Shown here piece by piece: positions 1 through 9,432 of a stretch of DNA of 64,000 nucleotides. The stretch is from an uncultured Gammaproteobacteria bacterium. GTDB lineage: Bacteria > Patescibacteriota > Patescibacteriia > SG8-24. Both the position numbers and the translations under genes were made by a program. Where the stretch lies: assembly GCA_964491475.1 (NCBI GenBank), contig CAZBFO010000003.1, positions 136,766 to 200,765 on the forward strand, read 5' to 3'. The notes beneath the pieces were generated by a model. It had not been told where the DNA came from. It was given only the letters and a program-made list of their open reading frames with translations, and did no database searches. Each line of letters begins with the position of its first letter. Position 1 is the stretch's first letter.

Positions 1-5
1 ACGAC

Positions 6-443
6 ATGGCCGCCGCCGACGCGCTGCTCGCGTCTTCTGCGGCCGCGCTCGGCGACATCCGCGCCAAGATTTCCGGTCGGCCCGAACTGGCCGACGAGGG
101 CGCCTACCGCGCCGCGATGGAAGAGTACGCCGAGGCCGCGCTGTACCGCGCCTGGGTCAAGGACGGCACCGTCGGCCCCGTCGCTCTCGAAGGCGTCGAT
201 CACGAGATCTACCTCGGCGGCCTTTCCGACCTCACCGGAGAAATGCAGCGACGCCAGGTGCGCCTGGCGACCGAAGGCAAGCTCGACGAAGTGCGCGCCA
301 TCAAGGAATCGATCGAGGAAATAGTGGTGCAGCTGCTGGAGATGGACCTGACCGGCTACCTGCGCACCAAGTTCGACCAGGCCAAGAACAGCCTGCGCCG
401 CGCCGAAGACGTGCTTTACGAAGTGACGCTGCGTCGCAGCTGA
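6..443 (+). CDS. translin-family protein, C-terminal portion (probably 5-prime truncated by window edge)
   Basis: ORF 6..443. EIYLGGLSDLTGEMQRRQV and YLRTKFDQAKNSLRRAEDVLYEV resemble the conserved C-terminal helices of translin/TRAX (xYLLGxADLTGELMR pattern). Confidence 0.5.
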   Translation: MAAADALLASSAAALGDIRAKISGRPELADEGAYRAAMEEYAEAALYRAWVKDGTVGPVALEGVDHEIYLGGLSDLTGEMQRRQVRLATEGKLDEVRAIKESIEEIVVQLLEMDLTGYLRTKFDQAKNSLRRAEDVLYEVTLRRS

Positions 444-452
444 TCCGCACCT

Positions 453-1145
453 ATGCGCGCGCTGACCGCGGCCGCCGTCATTCCGGCGCACAACGAGGGC
501 AAGACCGTCGGCAACGTGGTGCTCACGCTGGTTGCCAGCGGCCTTTTCCGCGAGGTGATCGTGGTCAGCGACGGTTCCTCCGACGACACCGCCGCCGTCG
601 CCCGCGAGGCGGGAGCGACCTTGGTCCATGAGCTGTCGCACCGACGCGGCAAGGGTCTCGCCCTGGCGCACGGCGTCATGCACACCGATGCCGACGTCGT
701 CTGCTTCTTCGATGCCGACCTCCGCGGCCTGACCGCCGAGCATGTGCAGGCGGTGCTGGGTCCCGTCGCGCGCGGCGAGCGCTACATGAACGTCGGCATG
801 CGCGACCAGGGCGGGCTCCGCGGCTTCTTCGCCGCGGTGCTGCCGTGGGTCAGCGGCCAACGCGCGCTGCGCCGCGACGTTTTCGACGCCATTCCCGGAA
901 AATTTTTGGCGGGATACGGCGTCGAGATTTCCCTCAACTGGTTCTGTCAGGTGAACGGCCTGCCGTACGGCATCGTGCCGCTCAAGGGATTGGGAATCGT
1001 CACCAAGGTGGGGAAGGTCGGGCTGCTCCGCGCCGTGCCGCAGTACGCGCGCATGTGGTCGCAAGTGCTCGCCGGCATGCTGCGCCTGCGCCTGGCGCGC
1101 AGGCAGTTCGCGGAACACGGTACGCACATGAGTCATCATCATTAG
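453..1145 (+). CDS. family-2 glycosyltransferase
   Basis: ORF 453..1145. N-terminal IPAHNEGKTV, VVSDGSSDDT and DAD motifs are typical of GT-A fold GT2 enzymes. It immediately follows the upstream ORF. Confidence 0.75.
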   Translation: MRALTAAAVIPAHNEGKTVGNVVLTLVASGLFREVIVVSDGSSDDTAAVAREAGATLVHELSHRRGKGLALAHGVMHTDADVVCFFDADLRGLTAEHVQAVLGPVARGERYMNVGMRDQGGLRGFFAAVLPWVSGQRALRRDVFDAIPGKFLAGYGVEISLNWFCQVNGLPYGIVPLKGLGIVTKVGKVGLLRAVPQYARMWSQVLAGMLRLRLARRQFAEHGTHMSHHH

Positions 1146-1158
1146 CAAACAACCGCCA

Positions 1159-2655
1159 ATGCTCACCGTCGACTGGTTCAAGGACAAGAAGATCACCGTC
1201 ATGGGTCTGGGCGTCCACGGCGGCGGCCTTGGCATTGCCAAGTGGCTGCGCCGTCATGGCGCGGCCGTAACGGTCACCGACCTGCGCGACCAGCACGCGC
1301 TGGCTTCTTCGATCGAGGAGCTGGAGCGCAGCTACCTCCAGGACACGCGCACCATCGGCAAGCGCAACATGCATCGCATCCGCTACGTGCTCGGCTCGCA
1401 TCCCGAGGAGCTGTTCACGGGAGCCGACATGGTCATCCGCAACCCCGCAGTCCCGCGCGAGCATCCGTTGCTGGCGTTGGCCGCCAAGCACCGCGTGCCC
1501 GTCGAATCCGACATCTCCATTTTCTTCCTGCTCTGCCCGTTTCCGATCATCGCGGTATCCGGCACCAAGGGAAAGACCACCACCACCTCGCTCATCGCCG
1601 CGATGTGCAAGGAAGCGGACAAGCGCACCGTCATCGGCGGCAACATCCGCATCTCGCCGCTCGACAAGCTTGACGCGCTGCTGAAGCTGGCCGCCAAGCG
1701 CAAGGCCAAGGCGCCGCCCATCGTGCTCGAACTGTCCTCGTGGCAGCTCGAAGGCCTGGCGCCGCACCGCTTGAGCCCCCACATCGGCGTGCTCACCATG
1801 ATCGCCGAAGACCACCTCAACCGCTACGACGGCATGGCCGACTACGCCGCCGCCAAGGAAATCTGCGTGGCGTACCAAAAAGAAACTGACGTCGCCGTTC
1901 TCGGCGCGGACAACGTCTGGACCGCGGCCATCGGCAAGCGCAAGGGCCAAATCAAAGATGCGCCGAACGCCGGCCGACGCATGTGGTACTCCGTGAAGCC
2001 GCTGCCGCGCGGACAGGAAGGCGTGTGCGTCTCCGCCGGAAAAATAGTGCTGATGGAAAAGGGGAAGCGTACGGTCATCGCTCCCGTGTCTTCGATCGCG
2101 CTGCCGGGCGCGCACAACCGCGCCAATGTCGTCGCGGCAGTCGCGGCGGCGCACTCCGCCGGAGTTTCGCCAGCTATCATCCGAAAGATCATCCGCACGT
2201 TTGCCGGCGTGCCGTACCGGCTGGAGACCGTCGCCGTTAAGCGAGGCGTCCGCTTCGTGGACGACACCACCGCTACTGCGCCCGACGCTTCCGTCGCCGC
2301 CATCAGTACTTTTAAGAAAAAGGGCAAGCGCAACATCATCCTCATCTCCGGCGGTGCCGACAAGGCGCTCAACTTCGGCGCTTGGGCCGCAGCCGTGAAG
2401 GCCGGGGGAGTGAAGCACCTGATCCTGTTCGACGGCTCCGCCACGCCAAAGATGGAAGACGCCCTCAATGCCGTCGGCGACCTCACGCCGCGTGCCGGCG
2501 CCCGTTCCATGCGCGAAGCTTTCTCCGAAGCCATGCGTCACGCCGCCAAGGGCGACGTGGTGCTGCTCTCGCCCGGTTGCGCCAGCTTCGGCGTCTTCAA
2601 GAACGAGTTTGACCGCGGGGACCAGTTCAATGCGCTGGTTCGCAAGCTGCGCTGA
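1159..2655 (+). CDS. murD: UDP-N-acetylmuramoyl-L-alanine--D-glutamate ligase
   Basis: 498 aa. It has the N-terminal Rossmann motif ITVMGLGVHGGG, the Mur ligase P-loop GTKGKTTTTSLIAAM, and the C-terminal Mur ligase domain. Confidence 0.8.
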   Translation: MLTVDWFKDKKITVMGLGVHGGGLGIAKWLRRHGAAVTVTDLRDQHALASSIEELERSYLQDTRTIGKRNMHRIRYVLGSHPEELFTGADMVIRNPAVPREHPLLALAAKHRVPVESDISIFFLLCPFPIIAVSGTKGKTTTTSLIAAMCKEADKRTVIGGNIRISPLDKLDALLKLAAKRKAKAPPIVLELSSWQLEGLAPHRLSPHIGVLTMIAEDHLNRYDGMADYAAAKEICVAYQKETDVAVLGADNVWTAAIGKRKGQIKDAPNAGRRMWYSVKPLPRGQEGVCVSAGKIVLMEKGKRTVIAPVSSIALPGAHNRANVVAAVAAAHSAGVSPAIIRKIIRTFAGVPYRLETVAVKRGVRFVDDTTATAPDASVAAISTFKKKGKRNIILISGGADKALNFGAWAAAVKAGGVKHLILFDGSATPKMEDALNAVGDLTPRAGARSMREAFSEAMRHAAKGDVVLLSPGCASFGVFKNEFDRGDQFNALVRKLR

Positions 2656-2724
2656 TCCCAGGTCGCCACGATTGTGCCGAGCAAAAGAAAAACCCATCGA
2701 CATTTCGTCGATGGGTGTCGCGTT

Positions 2725-4683
2725 CTAGCGCCAGCGTCCTTGCCTTCGCCCGCGTTCGTCGTGCCGTCGCTGCTTCCGTCGAAACCTATCCTTTCGCGGC
2801 TTGCGATGCTTGTGCGTCTCGATGCCGAAGATCTCGTCGAGCCAGCGTGCCGGCACCGCTTGCACCTGCCGCGCGTAGGTCCGCGTCGTTTCCACGATTT
2901 CCGCCGCCACGATGAACTTCGGCGGCGGCTTTTTGTCGTAGACGACCGAGCCGGGGAAGATGAAGACCCCTTCGCATCGCGGCTTCCGATAAGCGCGACC
3001 GTCGCCGTGCTCGCCGGAGTTGGCGAGCAGGTTGGCGATCAGCCCGCAGGTCACGGCCATCTTCACGTTCTCGTTGTTGCCGGCGTCGGTCGAGTCGCTC
3101 GCGATGCAGCAGTCCTCGAGAATCGCCGCCAGCTGCGCTTCGGTCTTCTCGATTTCCTCGAGAGCCACCTGATGCAGGAAGTGGCGTTCCGCGAACGCGG
3201 CGCGGTCCGGAGCGATGCGCCACCGCTCGACGGCGTTCCGCAGCGTCAGGAAGTCCGAGTCGGAGTTCCTGAAGGAGCGATGCGCGATGTCGGACGCTTC
3301 CTCCTGTCCCATGGGGCGCAGGAATATCGGTCGCGTGGAGAACGACGCCGCGATGGTCAGCACCGGCTTCACGCACCGGTAGCGCCGGGCCGAGAGCACC
3401 ATCTTGGAGACGACCGGCGGCAGCGGGATCGCCGCCATCGTCAGGCCTTCTTCCGTGACGTCACCGTCGGCGTCGAGTGCGCCGAGCGCAGTCAGCGTCT
3501 CCTTGGCGTTGGCCCAGAACGCCCCGGCGGGGGAGTCCATGAAATCGATTTCGCGGACCTGCCGTTCGGAGAAGCCCATGGCCCGCAATTGCAGGAAGGC
3601 GTTGTCCAGGTTGGAGCGGAGCAGTTCCGGCTGGGTGAAGTCGCGTCGCCGTTCGAAGCTGCGCTCCGAGTACAGCCGGATGCACAATCCGGGCGCGGTG
3701 CGTCCGGCACGGCCGGCGCGCTGGTTGCAGCCGGCCTTGGAATGGTCGACTACCTTCAGCGCCGAGGTCGAGGTGCGCGGGAAGTAGCGCATCTCCTTGA
3801 TGAGTCCCGTGTCGATCACGCAGGTCACGCCGTCGAGCGTCACGGACGTTTCCGCGACGTTGGTCGAGACGATGACGCTGCGCTTCGTCCGGCTGAACAC
3901 CGACATCTGCTCCTCGGGCGACTGGTTGCCGTAGAGCGGCAGGACGTCGACGTGGTCGACCTCGTCCTGCAGGCGCGCCATGGTGTCGCGAATGGAAGCG
4001 TAGTCGGGCATGAACACCAGCAGGTCGCCGGGCGTCCGCGGCAGCGCGGACTTCACCGCGTCGACGGCGGCGCTGACATGGTCGTCTTCTCCGCCGGGCA
4101 GGTGCTCGACGGTCACCGGGTAGGTCCGCCCTTCGACGTGCACCACCGGCGCGTCGAAGTACTTGGCGAACTTCTCCTCGTTGATGGTCGCCGACATGAC
4201 GACCACGGTGAGGTCCGGCCGCTTCGGCAGCAGGCGCTTCACCAGCCCCATCAGCAGGTCCTGGAACAAGTTGCGTTCGTGCACCTCGTCCAGGATCAGC
4301 GCGTCGTAGCGGCTAAGCAGCGGGTCCGCCAGCAGCTCCCGCAGGATCACGCCTTCGGTCATGTAGGCAATCTTGGTGAGATCGGGGTCAGTGCGGTTCT
4401 CGTGACGGATGCGATAGCCGACCGTCGTGCCGAGCCCGCAGCCGAGCTGCCGCGCGACATACGTCGCCACCGAGACGGTGGCGATGCGTCGCGGCTCCGT
4501 CACGGCGATCGAGCCGCGTCCGCAGAAACCGCCCTCCAGCAGGAAGCGGGGGACCACCGTCGTTTTGCCGCTGCCGGTTTCGCCGACCACGACGATGACC
4601 TGATGCTCTTTGGCGAGCTGGACGATTTCGTCGCGATGCGCATGTATCGGGAGCGTTTGTTCCACGTCGACCTCCGTTCTCAC
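2725..4683 (-). CDS. ATP-dependent DEAH-box helicase (HrpA/HrpB family)
   Basis: 652 aa. Motif I is GETGSGKTT, motif II DEVHERN, motif III SATI, motif VI QRAGRAGR. The opposite-strand ORF 2674..4686 is a GC shadow. Confidence 0.8.
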   Translation of the reverse strand: MRTEVDVEQTLPIHAHRDEIVQLAKEHQVIVVVGETGSGKTTVVPRFLLEGGFCGRGSIAVTEPRRIATVSVATYVARQLGCGLGTTVGYRIRHENRTDPDLTKIAYMTEGVILRELLADPLLSRYDALILDEVHERNLFQDLLMGLVKRLLPKRPDLTVVVMSATINEEKFAKYFDAPVVHVEGRTYPVTVEHLPGGEDDHVSAAVDAVKSALPRTPGDLLVFMPDYASIRDTMARLQDEVDHVDVLPLYGNQSPEEQMSVFSRTKRSVIVSTNVAETSVTLDGVTCVIDTGLIKEMRYFPRTSTSALKVVDHSKAGCNQRAGRAGRTAPGLCIRLYSERSFERRRDFTQPELLRSNLDNAFLQLRAMGFSERQVREIDFMDSPAGAFWANAKETLTALGALDADGDVTEEGLTMAAIPLPPVVSKMVLSARRYRCVKPVLTIAASFSTRPIFLRPMGQEEASDIAHRSFRNSDSDFLTLRNAVERWRIAPDRAAFAERHFLHQVALEEIEKTEAQLAAILEDCCIASDSTDAGNNENVKMAVTCGLIANLLANSGEHGDGRAYRKPRCEGVFIFPGSVVYDKKPPPKFIVAAEIVETTRTYARQVQAVPARWLDEIFGIETHKHRKPRKDRFRRKQRRHDERGRRQGRWR

Positions 4684-4804
4684 TGATGCTTTTTCTTGAA
4701 AAGGGCGTTTCCCGGGGCCGCAAAAAAGCAGCCGGGGGAACAGCGAAGACTAGCCTGAAAACGGACGAATGTCAACGTGCGCTGAACGGCAGTGATACGG
4801 GAAA

Positions 4805-4850
4805 CCGGCGGATACTCCGTAAGTATCCGCCGGCCCTTTTGTGTTTTGTT
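4805..4850. terminator. bidirectional rho-independent terminator (perfect 12-bp stem ccggcggatact / agtatccgccgg, loop ccgta, T-rich tail)
   Basis: The perfect inverted repeat at 4805..4833 is followed by ccctttt gtgttttgtt. It lies between two minus-strand genes. Confidence 0.6.
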
Positions 4851-4867
4851 GGCTGTTTTATGAAGCG

Positions 4868-5563
4868 TTAGCGCCGCAGCGTGTTCGTATAGCTGGCCAG
4901 CGTGCCGTCGGCGTTGATGCCCACCTGCACAAAAGGCGGCAACTCCGATTCCTTCGCTGGCTGGGAGAAGTCATCCCAGCGAAAGAAGTAGGTCTCGCGG
5001 TTGCGATTGTCCTCCAACGGATGGTACTCGCTTCGCCTGCGCGCAAACCCTGCGACGTTGGCCTCGACGATGCTCACGGCCTTGGCTCGAAGCTCCGAAA
5101 CGGCGAGGCGGTCTTCTGGTCGAGTCTTCCGTGGCGTTGGATGCACACGCGCACTCGGACCTGCTTGGACCAGAACGTCGTCTGCCGGGTCGATCCAGTA
5201 TTCGTTTCCTCGGTCGTCTGCATAGATTTCCACTTTTTGCGCGTCGTCATCCCTGTACGGGTTTGGCGCGGCGCAGCGGTAGGCGAGCGCCAGCACGGGA
5301 TCGTCGCGAAAGACGCGGATGCGTTCGATGGCGGCCTTTCGCGCTTCCGGTGCACGGGCATCGGCAAGCAGCTGGTCGCCTTCGGTGCCGAAGTTCCCGC
5401 CGTCGAATTCCTGTTCGTCGTCGAGCTTTCGTTCAAGATGGCGGATGGCCTCTTCGTCCGGATCGTCGATGTCGGCATCTTCCGGTGCCCTGCTGTCTGG
5501 TACGGCCTTCGGCTTCATAGGGGCGTGCAGCAAACGTGGTGCGCCGTTGCCGTCCGCCGGCAC
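4868..5563 (-). CDS. hypothetical acidic protein
   Basis: 231-aa ORF with protein-like composition (DE-rich). The overlapping plus-strand ORF 4841..5620 is R/G/V-rich, typical of an antisense shadow. It shares strand and orientation with the adjacent NUDIX gene. Confidence 0.45.
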   Translation of the reverse strand: MPADGNGAPRLLHAPMKPKAVPDSRAPEDADIDDPDEEAIRHLERKLDDEQEFDGGNFGTEGDQLLADARAPEARKAAIERIRVFRDDPVLALAYRCAAPNPYRDDDAQKVEIYADDRGNEYWIDPADDVLVQAGPSARVHPTPRKTRPEDRLAVSELRAKAVSIVEANVAGFARRRSEYHPLEDNRNRETYFFRWDDFSQPAKESELPPFVQVGINADGTLASYTNTLRR

Positions 5564-5759
5564 GAGCCGAGCTCGCGCACAGAACCGATTCGTGATGACG
5601 TCGCGTGCAACCGGCGTTGAGTTATCCCTCTGACCTGCAGGTCACGACGAGAGTAGGGAAGCGCATAAAAAGTGTCAAGCAACTGACAGTATTTTACTGT
5701 GGATAACTCCCCATAAAACAAAAAGCCGCTCACTTACGTGATCGGCGCAACGACGGAAG

Positions 5760-6287
5760 TCAGTCGCAGTTGTAGTCGAGCCACTTGATCGCGGCCGAAA
5801 TGACAGGACGAAGATTCGTATAGCGGGTAGTGCGGAGCGCGTTGACTCGCTGCACCCAGATGATCCGGTCGATGCCCTTGGCGATCTCCGGACGGCCCAC
5901 CGCGTCGGTGGGCGTCTCCATCAGGTAGAAGTAGATGCGCTTCTGGATGCACATGCCCCGCAGTTCCTTGCGATGGCGCTCCAAGAAGCGGATGTCAACG
6001 TGACCGAGTGAAGCGACGACACGCAGGTCCGTCAGACCCATCTCTTCGCGCGTTTCGCGCAGCGCGGCCGTCTCCAGCGTTTCGCCGGGATCGACATGAC
6101 CCTTGGCGAATGCCCACTGGTGGTGCGAGTTGCGGATGAAGCCGATGCGGATGCCCATGGGGGTCCGCCTGAAGACCGTTCCGCCCGCGCAGGTTTCATC
6201 GACGACCTTGAGGCCTTCGGTGCACGGTTCGCCTATGCCGGCGTCGTCTGCGATAGCTCTCGTTATCAGCTGTTCAGTTGAAGACAT
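5760..6287 (-). CDS. NUDIX hydrolase
   Basis: 175 aa. The Nudix box is GHVDPGETLETAALRETREEMGL (GX5EX7REUXEEXGU). An SD-like gggag lies upstream of the ATG at 6287. Confidence 0.85.
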   Translation of the reverse strand: MSSTEQLITRAIADDAGIGEPCTEGLKVVDETCAGGTVFRRTPMGIRIGFIRNSHHQWAFAKGHVDPGETLETAALRETREEMGLTDLRVVASLGHVDIRFLERHRKELRGMCIQKRIYFYLMETPTDAVGRPEIAKGIDRIIWVQRVNALRTTRYTNLRPVISAAIKWLDYNCD

Positions 6288-6415
6288 GGTGACATGTCAC
6301 TCCCGTGTGGAAGGTGCAGCTTTGGGAAGGTGCGGCTTGATTGAGGCGTCACTGTACGCCTGCCGGACGCGAATGTCAATGCGAACGGTTTTGCACAGCT
6401 GCGGCAATTTTTAAC

Positions 6416-6454
6416 CCCCGGTCCGCAAGCGCGGACCGGGGGCGTTTTGTGTTG
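6416..6454. terminator. rho-independent terminator hairpin (11-bp stem ccccggtccgc/gcggaccgggg, loop aagc) followed by gcgttttgtgttg
   Basis: Perfect inverted repeat directly downstream of the minus-strand gene 6480..7067. A/T-rich flanks on both sides make it possibly bidirectional. Confidence 0.55.
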
Positions 6455-6479
6455 CGCCTCGTAGAGGCAAGCTGGGGGT

Positions 6480-7067
6480 TCAGGCGTGGCGCTGGCTCTG
6501 TTTGGGAGCCGGCGTCGTGGCCTTCCAGGACTTGCGGTCCCGTTCGAGATAGCGGTTGTCGAGTCGGATGATGGTCTTGCCGTCCGACAGGTGTCGGAAG
6601 CGGGGGTTGTTGGACTCGTGGTTGGACACGAGGACTCCGGAAGGCGCCGGGTTGGCGGGTTCGTAGTCGTCGTACTCCAGCGCGGGTCCGTCCTCCTCGA
6701 TGCCGAGGTGGTCGGCGAGCTGCGCGTAGTAGTCGAGAGGATTGACGTAAAGGTAGTAGCGCGTGAGCTCGTAAAGAGCTTGCTCCGCTTCGTCGTCCGC
6801 GAGATCGCAGACGTCGTTTTCCTCCTCCTCGATGTCCTCGGCGGTCTTCACGTACTCGCCGCGTTCCACGAACACTGCGAGGGGCGCACGGAAGACGCCG
6901 TCGGCGGAGCGGAGACACTGCGCGGTGCGGTCGGCACCCTGCTCGTCGAGACGTTCGTCTCGCTCGTCCTTCTGGAGCTCGATCCAGGCGTACGCCTTGG
7001 TGACGTCGCTGGAGAGGCCGTCGAGGATGATGGTCGAGTTGATGCCGGAACCGATGCCGTTGTTCAT
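6480..7067 (-). CDS. hypothetical acidic protein
   Basis: The internal ATG at 7067 (MNNGIGSGINS...) is preceded by a strong SD (aaggagaaaacgaATG). The longer ORF to 7157 lacks an RBS. 195 aa, Asp/Glu/Tyr-rich C-terminal half. Confidence 0.55.
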   Translation of the reverse strand: MNNGIGSGINSTIILDGLSSDVTKAYAWIELQKDERDERLDEQGADRTAQCLRSADGVFRAPLAVFVERGEYVKTAEDIEEEENDVCDLADDEAEQALYELTRYYLYVNPLDYYAQLADHLGIEEDGPALEYDDYEPANPAPSGVLVSNHESNNPRFRHLSDGKTIIRLDNRYLERDRKSWKATTPAPKQSQRHA

Positions 7068-7205
7068 TCGTTTTCTCCTTGGAAAGGGCTTGGGTATTCG
7101 TTTGGCACTTGCCGAACTTCGTGAAGGCACTATAGCACAAAATGACCGTTTTGTCAAGGGTGTCCCATAGATAAAATAAGCTTAAATTAGCCTAAAATTA
7201 GGCCT

Positions 7206-7233
7206 TTGCAAGGCCTTCCCTTTGTCGTATCCT
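7206..7233 (+). promoter_or_regulatory. sigma70-like promoter (-35 ttgcaa, 16-nt spacer, -10 tatcct) giving a near-leaderless holB transcript. It overlaps the near-palindrome aggcctttgcaaggcct.
   Basis: -35 at 7206..7211 and -10 at 7228..7233. The in-frame ATG at 7242 lies about 8 nt after the -10 element. Confidence 0.4.
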
Positions 7234-7241
7234 ATGCAGGT

Positions 7242-8252
7242 ATGAAAGGGGCTGCGCAGAAGCAAAAAATGACCGAGAGCGAGCCGGCTTCGGGCTGGCG
7301 GAATGGCGTAATTGGGCATGCGGCAGCGCTCGACGTGCTGGATCGCGCCATCGCCACCGGACGTCTGGCGCACGCCTATCTTTTGGTCGGTCCTGAAGGA
7401 GCGGGAAAGATGGCCGTGGCGAAGCGTTTTGCGGCCATGCTTTTGGGCGTGCAGTCGCCCGAAACCCATCCGGACTACGCCTTCGTGGAGCGCGTGCGCG
7501 ACGCCAAGACCGGAAAGCCCCATGCCGACATCCTTTTGAGCCAAGTCCAAGCGCTCACGGCGCGTTTGTCGTTGGCACCGATGATGGGCGGCTGGCGCGT
7601 GGCCATTCTCGACGGGGCGCAGCTGCTCAACAAGGAATCGGCCAACGCGCTGCTCAAGACGCTGGAAGAGCCGCACGAAAAGACGATGCTGCTGCTCACG
7701 GCGACTTCGGCAGAAGAAGTCATTGCCACCATCCGTTCGCGCTGCCAATTGCTCCGATTTAACCGCGTGGCTGCAGCAGAGATTTCTGCCGCGCTCCTTG
7801 CCCGGGGAACCGACGCCGGTCAGGCCGAGCTGTATGCGCGGCTGGCAGACGGCCGCCCCGGCGTCGCTGTCGGTTTCGCCGAAAAGGATGCGTCGCGATT
7901 CGAGGCCATGATGGCCATGCGCGAGACCATCTTGTCGATGCCGGCCGCCGCCGTGGCCGACCGGTTCATGGCGATCGAGAAGGCTATCCCTCCGAAACTG
8001 CCGTTCCAGGACGCCGTCGATCGTGCCACGGAATGGCTGGATCTTTTTGCCGAACTGTTGCGTGATGCCCTGCTCATCAGGCTGGGGGCGTCTGAACGCA
8101 TCGTCCACGTCGACGTGAGCAACAGGGTTGCGGCATGGTCGCGGCAGTGCGATCCGGCTGCTGTTTTGGCCAGGGTAGAGGAGTCTCGCAAGTTGCTCCT
8201 TGCCAACGTCTCTCCTCGGGCCGTTCTGGAACAGGTAGTGGCAGCCTTTTGA
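7242..8252 (+). CDS. holB: DNA polymerase III subunit delta-prime
   Basis: AAA+ clamp-loader fold with a degenerate Walker A LLVGPEGAGKMAVA and sensor regions. The ORF track begins at TTG 7206; the first in-frame ATG is 7242, with 7269 as an alternative. Confidence 0.75.
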   Translation: MKGAAQKQKMTESEPASGWRNGVIGHAAALDVLDRAIATGRLAHAYLLVGPEGAGKMAVAKRFAAMLLGVQSPETHPDYAFVERVRDAKTGKPHADILLSQVQALTARLSLAPMMGGWRVAILDGAQLLNKESANALLKTLEEPHEKTMLLLTATSAEEVIATIRSRCQLLRFNRVAAAEISAALLARGTDAGQAELYARLADGRPGVAVGFAEKDASRFEAMMAMRETILSMPAAAVADRFMAIEKAIPPKLPFQDAVDRATEWLDLFAELLRDALLIRLGASERIVHVDVSNRVAAWSRQCDPAAVLARVEESRKLLLANVSPRAVLEQVVAAF

Positions 8253-8313
8253 GCAGACGCGGGCCGTGCTAAGATAACCCCGACATTTACTCACTCCACG
8301 ATTCAATATCGGT

Positions 8314-9381
8314 ATGCATATCAGGCGACATCTCCTTTCCGCAGCAATGGTGGGAAGCTTGATCACCGTCGGTGCGGGCTGCATCTCCTTCAATTCCGGC
8401 CCCGCCAGCACCGGTCCGGACGGCGGCATGTTCAAGTCCGCCGACAAGGGCGTCAATTGGGCCCAAAAGTCGGCCATCGCCACCACCGGCGACAAGCGCT
8501 CCATCAGCAGTGTCAACGTCATCGCCATCGAGCAGGACCCCGAGGACGCTTCGGCCTTCTACATTGGCACCACCGACAACGGCATGTTCTACTCGTATGA
8601 TGCCGGCGAATCGTGGCTGCAGCCCGCGCAGCTTTCGCATGGACGCATCCCGTCCTTGGCGATAGATGCCAAGAACAAATGCGTCGTGTACGTCGCCGCC
8701 GAGAACAAGGTGCTGAAGACCGTCGACTGCTCCCGCACCTGGAACACGGCCTACTTCGAGACGCGCACCGACAAGCTGACCACCGCCGTGGCCGTCGACC
8801 ATTACGACCCCAACACCGTCTGGGTCGGCAACAGCTCCGGCGACCTGTCCAAGAGCACCGACGCCGGCCTTTCCTGGAAGCCCGTCAAGTCGTTCGACGG
8901 GCACCAGATCGTCCGCATCGCCATGAGCCCTGCTGACAGCCGCAAACTGTACGTCGCCACCAAGGATTCCGGCGTCTGGCGCAGCGCTGACGGAGGCGAC
9001 ACTTGGAAGGACTTGAGCGAGAACTACAAGGACTTCGAAGGCAGCCGCGACTTCGCCGACATGACCTTTGGCGTCTCCGACCCCGCCACCATCGTCATGG
9101 CCAGCAAGTACGGCCTGATCCGTTCGACCGACGGCGGCGACAAGTGGAGCAGCATTGAGCTTCTGACTCCGCCCAACACCGCCGCCATTTATTCCGTGGC
9201 GCTCGATCCCAAGGACACCAACGGCCTGTACTACGGTACCGCCACCACCTTCTACAGCTCGCCCAACGGCGGCGTGAACTGGGTCACCAAGAAGCTGCCC
9301 ACCAGCCGGGCGGCCACGGTGCTGCTGGTCGACAGCAGCAACCAGAACGTCATCTACCTCGGCGCCACCAAGTTCAAGTAG
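8314..9381 (+). CDS. BNR/Asp-box repeat lipoprotein (sortilin/Ycf48-like beta-propeller)
   Basis: Signal peptide with lipobox LITVGAGC. Six SxDxGxxW repeats: SADKGVNW, SYDAGESW, STDAGLSW, SADGGDTW, STDGGDKW, SPNGGVNW. Confidence 0.7.
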   Translation: MHIRRHLLSAAMVGSLITVGAGCISFNSGPASTGPDGGMFKSADKGVNWAQKSAIATTGDKRSISSVNVIAIEQDPEDASAFYIGTTDNGMFYSYDAGESWLQPAQLSHGRIPSLAIDAKNKCVVYVAAENKVLKTVDCSRTWNTAYFETRTDKLTTAVAVDHYDPNTVWVGNSSGDLSKSTDAGLSWKPVKSFDGHQIVRIAMSPADSRKLYVATKDSGVWRSADGGDTWKDLSENYKDFEGSRDFADMTFGVSDPATIVMASKYGLIRSTDGGDKWSSIELLTPPNTAAIYSVALDPKDTNGLYYGTATTFYSSPNGGVNWVTKKLPTSRAATVLLVDSSNQNVIYLGATKFK

Positions 9382-9432
9382 GGTTGAACTTGCTGCGGCC
9401 ATGGTGTAAGGTCCGTACACCTTATTTTTCCT

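Noticed and set aside
2674-4686. 670-aa plus-strand ORF opposite the DEAH helicase
   Set aside because: Arg/Gly/Val/His-rich low-complexity translation with no motifs. It is a typical antisense shadow in high-GC DNA. The helicase on the minus strand has all of its motifs.
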